Shown: positions 1-24,239 of the stretch, in pieces
How positions within the stretch are numbered: position 1 is the first letter of the stretch
How the letters are laid out: each line of letters opens with the position of its first letter
Assembly: GCF_009914755.1 (NCBI RefSeq)
Contig: NC_060935.1
Strand: one strand, 5' to 3'
Length of the DNA stretch: 64,000 nucleotides
Origin: the human T2T-CHM13v2.0 reference genome, Homo sapiens
The notes under the pieces: model-generated
Seen by the model: the letters and a program-made list of their open reading frames with translations, nothing else
Database searches by the model: none
What the model was told of the DNA's origin: nothing
Made by a program: the position numbers and the translations under genes

Positions 1-193
1 GGGAACATCACACATCGGGGCCTGTCGGGGGGTTGGGGGCTAAAGAAGGGATAGCACTAGGAGAAATACCTAATGTAGATGAGGGGTTGATGGGTGCAGC
101 AAACAACCATGGCACGTGTGTATAGCTATGTAACAAAACTGCACATTCTTCACATGTACCCCAGAACTTCAAGTATAATAAAAATAAAAATAA
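1..193 (+). mobile_element. L1PA 3' end, cut by the window edge
   Basis: L1 3'UTR text (gggatagcactaggagaaatacctaatgtagatgag...gtaccccagaacttcaagtataata) followed by an A-rich tail. Confidence 0.9.
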
Positions 194-711
194 TCACAAA
201 ATCCTGCCCCCAATCCAAGGCCACAATTTAATTAAAGCCTATAAAACAGGACAAACAAAAAAATCACTCTGTTTACTTCACTCCACAACTTGTATGTGTG
301 GCTTACAATGCATTTACTTTAATATCAGTCTTGATAAACTCTGGAGCAGAAAGCCAGGGGTAACCCACCTAATCCTTTCATGAAATGTCTCCAACATGGC
401 CTCGAGTGTGTGGGATCTTTCTCAAGCCACCATGCTTGAGTGCCATTTGCTGATGGCCCTTCCCCATGAGTGAAGAAGCTGTGTCACTAGTTGAACACTA
501 GGTACGAGAGAGCATGAGAATCATGCTTGCAGCTGTAGTTAGCTGGGGGGCTAGTGGAGGGCACTGCTCCATGATTGTATATTCTGAGTTCTCCCATTTT
601 AATGATAACTGTGTATGTTTTCTATCTTTGAAGATACTTGCATGTTTACATATCAGAATCCCAAGGCTGAGAAATAAAAATTTTAAAAATTAAAATAATA
701 ATAAGAAGAAT

Positions 712-1042
<331 letters not shown>

Positions 1043-1210
1043 TCATTAACAGCCTGATTTTGGCAAATTTAAGTGCCCTGGTCCCAAGACAATCTTAATA
1101 ACTCTAAGATCTTAAAAGATTGAACTCTATTTTTCAATATCCTTAGGAAGAAGAGAGAGAAAGAAAATCATTATAGACAATAAAGAATACAACCTAAATA
1201 CTATTTGTTT

Positions 1211-3368
<2,158 letters not shown>

Positions 3369-4292
3369 AACCCTGTTTCTTTAAAAAGAAAGGTCAGGGA
3401 GCTGTCAGGGAGCTCGTTGATGAATTATTTTGGCGATATCAACAATTGCTATCAAAACACCACTATAAAATCCAAAATTATATCTATTGCCAGATCTTTC
3501 TCCTTACTTCCAAACTCATTTATCCAACTGTCTCCTCCACCTCCACACCTCAACTTAAATGTCAACTCAAAATAAATAAATTAATAATTACTTTATTTGT
3601 TCCTAGACTGGCTTTCCTCTAACATCTCAAGACTTGTCTTAAATTCTTACTTAATGTTATTAGCACCAAATCTGAAAGACTCTAGTATACAGACTCTTTG
3701 ATATAAGAAACACATGTTTTTTAGAAACCACACAAAATGAAATAATTATCATAGCTGTAAAAACAAATATGCCCATAAACAAATAACAGTAAAGGATTAG
3801 AGGCTTTCAGTCACACTAGAGAGTGATGTTAAATAAAATTATCCTGTTAATTCAGCAAGAAAATATATAAACCTAATTCTAACAAACTTTCTATAAAATA
3901 AAAAAGAACCAATTGTTGAAGTTGAGAGTGAAAAAAGTGGAAGTTTCAGAAAGAGGTGAGACCAACTGCAGAATGTGCTCCTCACTTATCATCAAGGCTG
4001 CCCCAGTCACACCCCCTGCCTCCCCATCCCCTTATTCTACCTAATTCTATCCCAGACCTTAACACCTTATGTAGTAAATATCTCCTACTTACTACACCTT
4101 TCCCCACCAGATTGAATGCTCCAGAATGTATGGGGTAGTTCCCCCCACACCTGACTCACAGGTGCCAAATGACTGCAGGATTATGAGGCTGGAAGTAGTA
4201 AATATTTCTTCAATACTTGCAGTGGTTCACAGCCATGAAAAATCGAAGATTTCCTCTCTCCCTTTCAGGAACCTTAAAGAAAGCAGCAATAC

Positions 4293-4627
4293 TGTCATAG
4301 GCATTTAAATGAGAGCAACTTGATTTTAAATAGGAGCTGGGTAAAATGAGGCTGAGACCTACTGAGCTACATTCCCAGATGGTTAAGGCTTTCTAAGTCA
4401 CAGGGTGACGGAGGAGGTCAGCACAATATACAGGTCATAAAGACCTTGCTGATAAAATGAGTTGCAGTAAAAAAGCCAGCCAAAACCAAGATAATGACGA
4501 GAGTGACCTCTGGTCATCCTCACTGCTACACTCCCACCAATGCCATGGCAGTTTACAAATGCCATGGCAACATCAGGAAGTTATTCTCTGTGGTCTAAAA
4601 GGTGAAGCATAAAAATAATCCACTCCT
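4293..4627 (+). mobile_element. MER41 LTR (MER41A-like, ERV1), 5' part, cut off by Alus
   Basis: Starts TGTCATAGGC; contains gctgggtaaaatgaggctgagacctact, aggtcataaagaccttgctgataaaa and gccatggcaacatcaggaagtt, matching recalled MER41 consensus. Confidence 0.8.
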
Positions 4628-5225
<598 letters not shown>

Positions 5226-5344
5226 AGTAAGAGAAAACTGGAGCTGAGTCCTACTCATTGTATTTACTTTCCTAAATAAAACATCATTATAAAATACATT
5301 ACTCAGTAATATAATTTAATTGAAGGGGAAAAAAACAGACTTAC

Positions 5345-5416
5345 CAAATTTTTTTGCAAAAAGCTGATCTACCATCTTTCATAATTTAGTGATTCTGGTA
5401 TACCATACTTCCTTCA
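5345..5416 (-). pseudogene. GTF2I: GTF2I pseudogene exon (72 bp) with in-frame stop
   Basis: tag|...|gtaagt splice sites; translates (V)KEVWYTRITKL*KMVDQLFAKKF versus TFII-I [24 protein letters not shown]. Confidence 0.92.
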
Positions 5417-5520
5417 CTATCGAAATCACAGGAATACAAGTTTTCTCAATCTAATGGGTTTAATAACTTAGGTTATTAAATATTATTATTATAAAATGGC
5501 AGTATTTTTCTTTCCTGTGA

Positions 5521-6260
<740 letters not shown>

Positions 6261-6863
6261 AGTGAACAGCTAGCAGGTGCCATTTGCTATGGGGAGACTA
6301 GGGATATGATCTTGCTGGCAATCCTTCCATTTTAGTAAATCTAAACAGTGTGATTCCATTCTTTTTTGTCTGCACTCCACTCCAGAACCAAAACAAGTAA
6401 GAAAATCAATTATATTTCTATTTCTTTCAAAACACATCTAACAATTAAGAGATGATATGCATGGCTCCATACTCTAAAAGGAACCTTCTTATGTCCTGGG
6501 TATCGTGGACATTTGATGAATGCTTGTTCAGTTGACTAGTGTAGACTTCAATAATAAACTGTTCAATGCATTATGCCAGATAAATCTTGCATCTCAAAAG
6601 TAGGACAAATATTGTGCTTTTAGTTATGTCTAACCATAAATGCAACATTTACATGTATTTATAAGGGGTTAATAAAAAGAAAATGAGTTTATTGTTCTAA
6701 AGAGTATTAGAATTTTGACAACATGAATTCTCCTGTCCTGGAACATAATTAAAAGTAAGAGGGATCTTATTTCATGTGAAAGCTACCATTAAAAAAATCA
6801 TTGTTAAGCATTAAATAATTATTTCACATAATCTTCTAATCTGACTTAAGACTGAAGACCTAC

Positions 6864-6922
6864 CTCCTGAAGCTGGTTTATCAAGTTGTAAGTCTTCATG
6901 TGTTGAATTCATAAGTTCATGT
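6864..6922 (-). pseudogene. GTF2I: GTF2I pseudogene exon (59 bp)
   Basis: cctttcag|...|gtaggt; translates HELMNSTHEDLQLDKPASG versus TFII-I HELLNSTREDLQLDKPASG; directly precedes the 72-bp exon in the parent protein. Confidence 0.92.
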
Positions 6923-7035
6923 CTGAAAGGTGAGAATAAATACTTAATATTCACTAGGCAATATTCAGCAAAGTAATATTCACTGGTGCATATTTTACAT
7001 TTCATCACCAAGGGTGGCTTTGAAAAGAAAAGAAA

Positions 7036-9765
<2,730 letters not shown>

Positions 9766-9771
9766 ACTCAC

Positions 9772-9957
9772 CATGGCCTTTGATGGCAGGCTTTTTCCAG
9801 GTGAGCACTCTTGTCTGGTCTGGCTCTCCCCCACTCTCCCTCTCACCAAGTTGGAATCCCTCACTACTTTTCAGTAGAGGAGAGTGTGTACCCCAGTCTC
9901 AGCTTGGTATGATTCAGGTCTGCATTGAACTCATGAAACCTGGCTGATCCTCAAGCC
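9772..9957 (-). other. Candidate non-coding internal exon of the minus-strand transcript
   Basis: Strong acceptor (T-run then ctccag) and donor ATG|gtgagt on the minus strand; no recognisable protein match. Confidence 0.4.
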
Positions 9958-10529
9958 CTGGAGAAAAAAAAAGTGTCTCTCTGCAGGTATGATATGGGAT
10001 GGGCCTGTCCCCAGGACCCTGGGAGAGGGAAGCCCAATGTCCCACCAGGTTGGCAGTGCTGGGGAAGGGAAAGTGTTATGGTAGCCCCAAGACTAAAAAG
10101 AGGCAGCAGAGGGAGCAGGGCATCACTCCTATTGAACTCATGCCGCTGCCTGAGTGAGGTGAGGGAGGAGTGCACCCGAGTGACGTGAGGCAGAGAGGTG
10201 TGGTTCCAGGATGGCCTTCACCCTCCCTTCCTGCCATGTTACTCTGATCCCCTGCAGGTGAGCCTGCCCACTTTGGGCTTAGGGATGCCGCTGAGGCGTG
10301 TACTCAAACGCAGCTTCCCATGCATCATGTCTCCAGGAGTGGGGCAGAGCAGGGAGGAGTCCTAGACAGAGGAGAGGCCAGGGCAGGAGGGAGTGGGCCT
10401 CAAACTCCAGGACGGGGCCCTTCTCATGGGTCCTCTTTTCCGGTCTCTCCTTCCTTACCCCTGGGCAGATCACCTGGGGAAGAACTGAGGCAAGGTTTCT
10501 CATCCTCAGGTCAGAGGGGTTCAATTACC

Positions 10530-12595
<2,066 letters not shown>

Positions 12596-12611
12596 TAAAT
12601 AGCCTAATCCA

Positions 12612-12900
12612 AGCAGGGTGCGGTCCCTCACGCCTGTAATCCCGACAACTCTGATGGCCAAGGTGAGAAGATCGCTTAAACCCAGTTGTTCGAAACCGGC
12701 CTGGGCAACATAGCGAGACCCCCATCTCTACAAAAGGTACAAAAATTTGGCCAGGTGCGCACCGCGCCTGGCTAATTTTTGTACCTTTTGTAGAGACCGG
12801 GTTTCATCATGTTGCCCAGGCTGGTCTCAAACTCCTGAGCCCAAGCCATCCATCCTCCCGCCTCGGCCTCCCAAAACGCTGGGATTACAGGGCCCAGCCA
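12612..12900. repeat. Inverted pair of Alu left monomers forming a palindrome centred at about 12761
   Basis: 12725-12747 TCTCTACAAAAGGTACAAAAATT is the exact reverse complement of 12774-12796. Confidence 0.9.
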
Positions 12901-13239
12901 GCCTCATGTTTTTTTTAAGCAGTCCCTCCCCTTGCACACTTGGATAGTTTTTTTTTATTATTATTATTTTAGACAGGGTTTACCTCAGTCTGGCAGGCTG
13001 CAATGCTGTGGTGGGATCATAGCTCACTGGAGCCTTCAACCTTGGGGTTCAAGTAGCTGGGGGTTGAGGTAGGACTACAGAGATCCGGTCGCGCCATATT
13101 GCTAGGTTGCTCTTGGCCTGAAGGGATCCTCCAGCCTCGGCCGCGCCCGGACATAGTTTTCCAGTTTTGACCGATATAAACACTGTGCTTGGTCTGAGTT
13201 TTCAACTACCCTTCTCCAGCTAGCAACACACAGGACCTG

Positions 13240-13870
13240 GCGGGGAGGTCGTGGTTACCAGGCTCCACTCTGATGATAAGACTGCCCAGCTACAAGCACC
13301 GTGCAGCCCCAGTAACGTCGCCGAACGCCCTCGCCTGTGGCGTCGCCGAAGGCCCACCTCTATGGCGTCGCCGAGGAACGTCTCTCACGCGGAGCCAATC
13401 GGAACTCGCGGAGGGGCTGCTGGGGCTTCCAGGAGGGCGCATGTGCGGATGACTGGCCGCAGGCGGCCGGGCGGGCTGTAACCCGCCGCTGAACTAGCGC
13501 TTCTGTGTCCAGAGGCTTCGGCCTGGCCGCCGTCGCCTGTAAGCTACGAGGAGGAGATTTACGACTTGGCCGGGCGCAGCAAAGGCCAGACTCTGCGCGA
13601 ACAGGCGCTGCGCACCAACCGGCAGGCACCTGGCGGGCACCATCGCACGGTGGCGCAGAAGCCCCTCAATGGCCAGCGCCAGCTGCAGCCGCGGCCGCGC
13701 AGTCGTCCCACCTGAGCTTGGGTACGTGCGCCCCACAACACCTCCCCCAGCCAGGGCCCGGGGACCCCCGGGAGCGTCCCCCCGCTACCTGGCGCCACTC
13801 ATCCTGGGCGGGGTCGGTCCCCTCTCAGGCTGCCTCTCATTAGGGAGCTGCACCCCCGAGCTTGACCTCT
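13240..13870. promoter_or_regulatory. CpG-island promoter, probably bidirectional
   Basis: GC- and CpG-dense; CCAAT box (AGCCAATCG, about 13393-13401); NRF1-like GCGCATGTGC (13437-13446); plus-strand donor TGG|gtacgt at 13721/13722; candidate minus-strand donors near 13209 and 13258. Confidence 0.75.
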
Positions 13871-13968
13871 GAAGGCCCTTTGCGATAGCATTAAGCCTTT
13901 GAAACTTTGTAGCGGGTTAGAAGGGGCTAGGAAACGAAGAAAACATCTTTTTAAAAATATAAGCGATC

Positions 13969-15569
<1,601 letters not shown>

Positions 15570-16565
15570 TGAGTCATACATCAACCTCTAGTAAAAAATG
15601 GCATGCTCTCAGTCAAAGGGGCAAGCCCAAACCACGTGGAAAGGATCTTATCTCTCTTGAGAGCTAATATAAAAAGAATTCCTCCTAGATAGAAGCATTG
15701 TGACATCAGTTACTTAGGCTAAACATGCCTATTATGCTAAGTGAATTATTAACAGTAAATACTTTGTGCCATGTTAATTATCATAATATGATTTATAATT
15801 TGTTTTAACCTTAGGTTATATGTACCTTGAAGCCATTTATATTTTGGTATACTTGTAATGGTTACTATACACTAGACTATGTGTATTGGACTAGACATGG
15901 AGAGTCAAAAAAGAGTATGTGATCAGAGTAGAAATCATGCTCTGGCTTCCTTCTTGTCTACCTCCTACCTCAAGTAGAAGCAGTAGAAAAAGTAATTACC
16001 TAAGATTTTTTGGATTCTGGTTTGTGGAGAAGCACCCTTATATTTAGGCTGATGGGTGGCTAAATTAGAAAGTATTTTTTGTGATTTAGAATTTTATACG
16101 GAGATGTTCATTGTGATTAATTATTCTTTGTATTAGCAGATTTTTGCTTTTTATAGCTGCATGATTTCTTGTTTATTATTCATTGATTATTATCTATTAA
16201 TAAAGAAAAACTTTATTTCACTAAAACAGTGATATATAATCCAAGTTGGGTTTTTTAATAATGACTGACATTTTTCTTTGGGAATACATTACTGTTAACA
16301 ATGTAGATTATTAGATACATTATTTTTAATGAATATAAGTGGTGTAATTAGAAGGCTGAAAAGAATCCTTGGAAACATTAGTTTAATTTGATAGCTAAGA
16401 AACTGAGGAGAAGATACTTATTCTTTGTAGCATATTTTCTAAAGTCATTTCATTGTCTCACCAAGAAGTACTTGCATAAAGCCAGTTCGATTCTAGCATC
16501 TGTTGAATATTTAAGGTTGAGTAAAGTGGGTGAGTTTAACAGATATTTTCCCTTATTTCTTTTAG

Positions 16566-16672
16566 GCGAATGTGGATTGGGAAAGTCGACATTAATCAAC
16601 TCATTATTCCTCATAGATTTGTATTCTCCAGAGTATCCAGGTCCTTCTCACAGAATTAAAAAGACTGTACAG
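16566..16672 (+). pseudogene. SEPTIN7: SEPTIN7 pseudo-exon (107 bp, G1 P-loop)
   Basis: ttttag|...|gtatgg; translates [36 protein letters not shown]. Confidence 0.95.
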
Positions 16673-18262
16673 GTATGGATATTAGTATTGTTAATTGATG
16701 ATAAGCTGGAATAATATTAATACACACAAAGCACATGTTGTAACTTTTATTATGCTTCCTTAGAGGTAAGATGCAAACTTGGGCTTAGCCAGTGTAAGAT
16801 GATAAATATGACTTCATAAAATTTAAAAAAAAAAGAAGTACAGTTAATCAGAAGAATTATCTTGACTAGAACTTTCCAAATTTGTCCTAAGGACTCTCCT
16901 AGAGATGGCACTGTGACATAGTAACCAGTTCCCCTGGAGTTGTGCTGTCTAGTATGATAGTCATTTGCCATGTGTATAAATCAATTAAAATTAATTAAAT
17001 TAAAAATGCAATTTCTTGTTTGCTCCAGATACATTTCAAGTGCTCAACAGCCACATGTGGCAAGTGGCTGCCATTTTGTGCAGCACATATATGAAGATTT
17101 TCATCATTGCAGGAAATTGCATTGGATGATGTAGAGAAAACATGATTTTTAGAAAAGCTATTGTTATTTAAATACAGTGTTCTATATTAGTCAGTGGGAT
17201 AATACCATATCATAGTTGAATGGCAATTGCAATTCTGTAAGACTCCCAAGTTATATGTGATCTAATTTACTGCTTCTCAGTCTTTGCTATGCATTCCAAT
17301 CCTGGGTATCCTGTGAAATTTAGTTCTTCTAGTAGGTCTGAGATGGGCTGTATTTCTACATTTCTAACAAGATTCCAGGTGATACTGATGCTGCTGGTTG
17401 GGGTAGATCACACTTTATAGAGCAAGGGACTAGACTCTAGATGTGCACTTCTTATTAAATGGTACAGCAGCCTGTAGTCACTTCTCATCTTAGCAAAGGT
17501 CACCGAACTTCAAGTAACATGACTTGGGTCTGTATACGAACTTTGCCACTTATTTGATAAAGTTGTTTAACTTCTTTAAACCCATTTACTTTTCTATAAA
17601 ATGGAGATAATACCTATCATAAAATTGTTTTTAAGACGTACTCTAAAATAATGTAGCTAGATAGAATTCTCATTATTGTAAGAAATTTAAAACTGTTTGC
17701 TTTAATTTTATCCATTTGTATAAATTCTATCTCAATCCTAATTTAAACCTGATATTTAGACCTTCAGTTTTTCCGTAAGTCCTAAGTGAAGAAAACAACT
17801 ATGAAATTTTAGTCTGAAGTAATTATCTTAGTATTTTATAAATAATACTTTTATTTTTGTTTGAATTCACATTGTTTTTGAGGTATTTTTCTGTCAACTC
17901 TTAAAACTCCTAAGTTCATCATGAAGTTTTTATATTATTTAAAGTAATCTCTCATTTGAAATTTAAGACTGAATATAATTGTTTTCATATTATGAAGTGT
18001 GTTATTAGTGCAAATAATATGCTAATAATTTAGCTGTGTTTCGACAATAGTTTATTTTCTTTCATTTGAAACGTTTTGAAATAATGAATAAAGATTTATT
18101 CAACATAATTTATATTTTTGAATCTTTATATAGACTAACTGGACATGTCTTCCACTGGTAAATTCATTTTGCCTATTTGAAAATATTGATTATTGTCCGT
18201 TAACAGTCATCAGTTAATTCATATGTAGAATTGCAACTTAATTGTTTATTTGCATTCTATAG

Positions 18263-18397
18263 CTGGCAGCCTGTTATCGATTACATTGATAGTAAATTTG
18301 AGGACTACCTAAATGCAGAATCATGCGTGAACAGACATCAGATGCCTGATAACAGGGTGCAGTGTTGTTCATACTTCATTGCTCCTTCAGGACATGG
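18263..18397 (+). pseudogene. SEPTIN7: SEPTIN7 pseudo-exon (135 bp)
   Basis: ctatag|...|gtcagt; translates [45 protein letters not shown] (not in the ORF track). Confidence 0.95.
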
Positions 18398-19559
18398 GTC
18401 AGTACCTTGATACTTCTGATTCCTTTTTGTTGTTGTTGCTTACTGTTATCTGTATGTGCATATTTTAGTAATCTTGAAGTTTGTGAAGTACATACAACTA
18501 TCCCATTATGAAGTACCAAATTTCATGTAGAAATGTCTTAGTTGAAAAGCCTTTTTAAGTCCTGTATAAGCTAAGTGATTTTACTCCTTAGTTCTTTATT
18601 CATAAGGATTTTCCCTGCTTCATGGAAATAAACAGTGTTGCCACCATGGTTTGAGGTCTCAATGTAGCAAATTTAGCTTTCATGTTGACCACTCTGCTAC
18701 TAATTGAACTACCAAATGAAGACAAGCAGCCATACCAGTTAGATATATTCAAAATCAAAGATGCTATTTATTATAAGTCTCATAAGAGATGGTTACCAAA
18801 AGCACTTGCATGCCAATGTTTTCTTGTGCCATTTCTTTCTACAATAAATCTATTTGGCTTCTGTTTCACCTTAGCTGTCATAGACATGTCGTTTAGGTAT
18901 CATATTGTCATTACTAACTTTTTGTTTATTAAGGCATAAGACCTAAGAAACTAGACATTAATCTGATGTGATTGTTCTGTTATAGTTAGCCTGTACTCCC
19001 TTTTTTTGTTGTTTGTACTTCCCCTTTATTTTGAGTACATATATGTGTCATTGACAACTGCAGATTTTTGCAATTATTATTCCTCAGTCTTTTCCTTTGG
19101 GTAAGTAACTCAGCATACATAATTCAGCCACCTGATAATTGTAACTCCACCATCTCTCCACTGAAAGAACTGTAATATCATCAGGCTAAACAGCATTAAG
19201 TTATCTAATGCTCACATTACAGTAGTAGTGTAAACCAATTCCTTCAAGTATACCTTTCTCTTCAATTTTTGGCTTCTCACTCTCTCTTTTTTTTTTTTTT
19301 TAATGGATGGGTCAATGCCCATTATCACTCTAGATAGATAAGGCAGCCTTAATTATATACTTATATTTTTGCACTGTCAGATTGGAGTGGGGTAAAAATG
19401 TTTCTTCTTTTATGTCTAATACTCTTTTTTTATTTTTATTTTATTTTTTTGCTGTGCCCTAGACCATTACATAACTGAAGACTCCAACCTTCAGGCAGGA
19501 TTGTGTAGTACATGTTTGTAACTACTTCACATTGCCTTTTGTTGAGGAAATTTCAGTTT

Positions 19560-19955
19560 TTATTATTGTTATACTTTAAGTTTTAGGGTACATGTGCACA
19601 ACGTGCAGGTTGGTTACATATGTATACATGTGCCATGTTGGTTTGCTGCTCCCATTAACTCGTCATTTACATTAGGTATTTCTCCTAATGCTATCCCTCC
19701 CCCATCCCCCCCACCCCATGACAGGCCCCGATGTGTGATGTTCCCCACCCTCTGTCGAAGTGTTCTCATTGTTCAATTCCCACCTATGAGTGAGAACATG
19801 TGGTGTTTGGTTTTCTGTCCTTGTGATAGTTTGCTCAGAATGATGGTTTCTAGCTTCATCCATGTCCCTACAAGGGACATCAACTCATCCTTTTTATGGC
19901 TGCATAGTATTCCATGGTGTATATATGCTACATTTTCTTAATCCAGTCTATCATT
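19560..19955 (-). mobile_element. Short L1PA 3'-end insertion
   Basis: Reverse-complement L1 3'UTR (atactttaagttttagggtacatgtgcac...). Confidence 0.9.
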
Positions 19956-20518
19956 TAACGGTGTTCTCAGTTTACATATTTAAATCACTAAACTGACTCT
20001 TTGACTTAAAAGGCTCAAAAAAAGTAATCTCAAAAATACAGCACACTGTATAACCTTTTATGAGTATTTATGTAGCTTCTTGAATTTATGTTTTTAAATC
20101 TTTCTCATTTAACTTGTCAGGGCCTTTTCCTGAAAGCCTTCTGAGTGAAATCTTAACCTGCAGTTAAGTCAATAAAATTTGTCAGCTTATAACCAATTTT
20201 ATTATTTTAGATCTGGACTCTCTCCAAGTTTAGTAATTCTCATGAAATCACATTCCTCCCATCCCTTTGCGGAAAATTTTATTTCTTAAAATTGCATGGG
20301 AAATGAGAGCTTTTTTAAAAGAAAAGTTTTTATATTCAAATGATATCTAGTGGCTTTGCACCATTTCTTATTTGTCACAAGGGGTAAGATGTTTAAAATT
20401 GCTATATCTTATATATAAAATGTGCCTTTGAATAATTTCTCAGTTTAACTAGTTTTAGAAATGGAGCAAAGTTTTGCCCATTGGTACATGATATTGTGGA
20501 TTAAGTGAAAGAATATGA

Positions 20519-20812
<294 letters not shown>

Positions 20813-21880
20813 AATATGACACAGAATTTTATGTATAGAGTTCCAGATACCCTGGTCCAACAGTGTACTTTCAGTGCCTCCTACCTCCCTCTACAAAGTA
20901 TGAACTGCATGCATGGCTAATTTATGATTTCAGTTATTATTGCTTCATGTGCGTTGTTCCTTATTTTGTAACTATTATTAAAGTAAAAAACTGACTTGGA
21001 ACATGAATTTTAAAATAGTGTTTTATCCTTCAAGTATTAATTACCACTTTTAGAAAAACTGGTGTCATCCAGTGAGTTTTATACAGGATTGTTTCCCTTA
21101 GAAATACATACATACACACAAAAAAATTTTTTCATTTACCCTGTAGTTGTTTATTATGCTGTAGACTTTGAGGTTAAATAGTCTTTTCTCTCTAGTGTGG
21201 GTTTATCTTCTAGAAATGATAAAGGATTTTCTATTGCTTAAAAACAAGATTTACAAACTAAATTTGTTGGTGAAAAGACCAGCCAATATAAAACTAAAAG
21301 GACAGAAGAAAAAAATTCAACCAGAATGTAATATACATGTGAACTAAATGTTTTCTGTTGCTGACGTTTTGTAGGCTTCTGAAATTTAATGAGACTTTTA
21401 CAAGGTTTATCATTTCTCCTAAAGTTTAATTTTTAAACTGACTTAAATGTTTTTTGACCCTTTGGTTATATTTAAGAAGTTGACTTCTCTAATTTCCTTG
21501 TCATGTTTATTTTTAAATATTTTTATCTTTAAAAGTTGGGATATTATAATAAGTATTCAGCAAGTATTGATTTGCGTTTAAATATAAAATCTTGTTATTT
21601 GGATTTTAATACTTTATATTAAATGCCTTTAAGATTTATTAAAATTTTAGATTAATTGAACTCTGCTTTTTTGTCACTGGATTAATAAGCAGGCTTGTAT
21701 CTGACATAATAGCTTAATAAGGCAGTGACAATTTAAATTAGTCATGAGTATAAATTGAAAAACCATAACAATTTAGAAATCTGAGATTGAATAATTCATG
21801 GCATTTCTATTTAGTGTTTTATATAATGATTAATAAAAAGAAGCAAAACTTAATTTTTTTTTCAAAGATGGATAGGTTCA

Positions 21881-22395
<515 letters not shown>

Positions 22396-22956
22396 ATCTT
22401 AATTCTCCATGTTTGCTTTCTCCCCCTCACTGTCTCTTTCTGCCTGTCAGCCTTACTACCACAGTGAAGTATATACAGTAATCTTTGTTAGTAAAAAGAC
22501 TGGACTATCCTATTAGTCTTAGGACTCTGATCCCCCTAATTTTAGTATATATGTTTCTCTTTCTTCATTTTAAAATGTCAGTCAATTCAATTATTAGTAT
22601 GTCAATAAAATTAATAACAGAATGAGACCTTTATTTCATTTTTCGCATGTTTTTGTAAAAATTAAGGAGTACCACTTTAGAATGGTAGTCCTTTTCAAAA
22701 TATTTCTAGTGTCTTCATTTATTCTTGTGAAACATAAAATTTTAGTCCACAGTGTATTCTAAATTTGAGGACTTTGGTTCTCATTTAGAATTGCTAAAGG
22801 ACACAAGGAAAATCACAGCAGCTTACTTTTTCCTCAACGGATATTTGGGCACCTTCACGAGTGTTAGATACCATGCTAGGTCCTGAGGATACAGATGAAT
22901 GAGACAAGGCCCTCACTGCGAAGAGTATTTCAGTGAGAAGATGGGAGAAACAAATA

Positions 22957-23241
22957 CAGATGCTCTTCGACTTGGGACAGGGTTACATTAACCCATCGTA
23001 AGTTGAAGATATGTTTGATACACCTTGCCTACTAAACATTATAGCGTAGCCTACAGTTGGACAAAATCATCTAACATAAAGCCTATTTTGCGATAACATT
23101 TTGAATATCTCATGTAATTTATTGAATAATATACTGAAAGTAAAAAACAATGGTTGTATGGTTTCTATTCAATGTGTATTGCTTGCACACTATCAAAAAT
23201 TTGAAAAATTGTTAAGTGGAATCATAGTGAGGAAGCATCTG
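22957..23241. mobile_element. MER47-like (Tigger/TcMar) non-autonomous DNA transposon within old L2-like sequence
   Basis: TA|CAGATGCT ... AGCATCTG|TA terminal inverted repeats with TA TSD. Confidence 0.75.
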
Positions 23242-24121
23242 TATGCAGGCAGGCAATTACTGTACAGCACATTAAGTGTTGTGACCACATAGAAATATGC
23301 CTAGTATTAGGTTGGAAAAGGATTCCCAGTGGAAATTGGATCATAAACCAGTGTCATGAGGATGAGTAGGAATTAGCCAGGCCAAGGAGAAGCAGGATGA
23401 TAATGGAGGGTGTTCCAGCCAAGGTAGTAGCCTGTGGCCAGATGTCAAAGTATGGTGCTTTCAAGGAATTGTAAGAAGTTCAAAAAGGTTGGCACATTGG
23501 AAGTAGGAGGCAAAGGAAATGCTAGGAATGCTAAGAGATGAGGTCAGCTGGAGAATCTATGTCTTCACAAGCTTTGTAGGCCATACTAGTTAAGGCATCT
23601 GGTCTTTAATAAGATTTTTGGTTAGGGCATAACTCAATAAGATTTGGATTTAGAAAGACCACTCTGACTTCAGTATGGATGGTTTGTATTACAGTTATTC
23701 ATTCCAAAGGTCTTGGTGGCCTAGACTAAAGTAATGGAAATGGAGATATACATACATATATATATATTTACATCTATACACATACTATATATATGGGAAG
23801 AGGATTAGAGGAGGGGAGGAATCCTAGGTTTCACACTTGAGTAATTAGGTAGACTGTAGTGCCATTCACTGAGATAGGAAGCATAGAAGAGAGAAAATGA
23901 GGTTCAGATGAGCTTTTGATTTTAAGGAGCCCATGGAACACCCAGGTAGCATATCCACTGGGTAAACACAAATCTGGAACGTAACAGTGAGATATGGGCT
24001 GTGTATGAAGATTTGAGAGTCAGTTGACCAATTGAAGATAATTGAAATCTAACTGGGGATGTGAAGAATCTTGTTCTCCCAAACTGATCAATTCAGTCGT
24101 ATTAAATACTGTGTATTTCAG

Positions 24122-24239
24122 ACTTAAACCATTGGATATTGAGTTTATGAAGCGTTTGCATGAAAAAGTGAGTATCACCCCACTTATTGCCAAAGCAGAC
24201 ACACTCACACCAGAGGAATGCCAACAGTTTAAAAAACAG
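24122..24239 (+). pseudogene. SEPTIN7: SEPTIN7 pseudo-exon (118 bp, G4 AKAD)
   Basis: tttcag|...|gtgagc; translates [39 protein letters not shown]. Confidence 0.95.

Noticed and set aside
4293-4627. MER41 as an interferon-gamma/STAT1 enhancer
   Set aside because: The copy is truncated and A-like, and I see no tandem TTCCGGGAA-type GAS sites in it
13316-13380. Regularly spaced repeats as a CRISPR-like array
   Set aside because: Only three units, the intervening sequences resemble each other, there are no cas genes, and the DNA is primate
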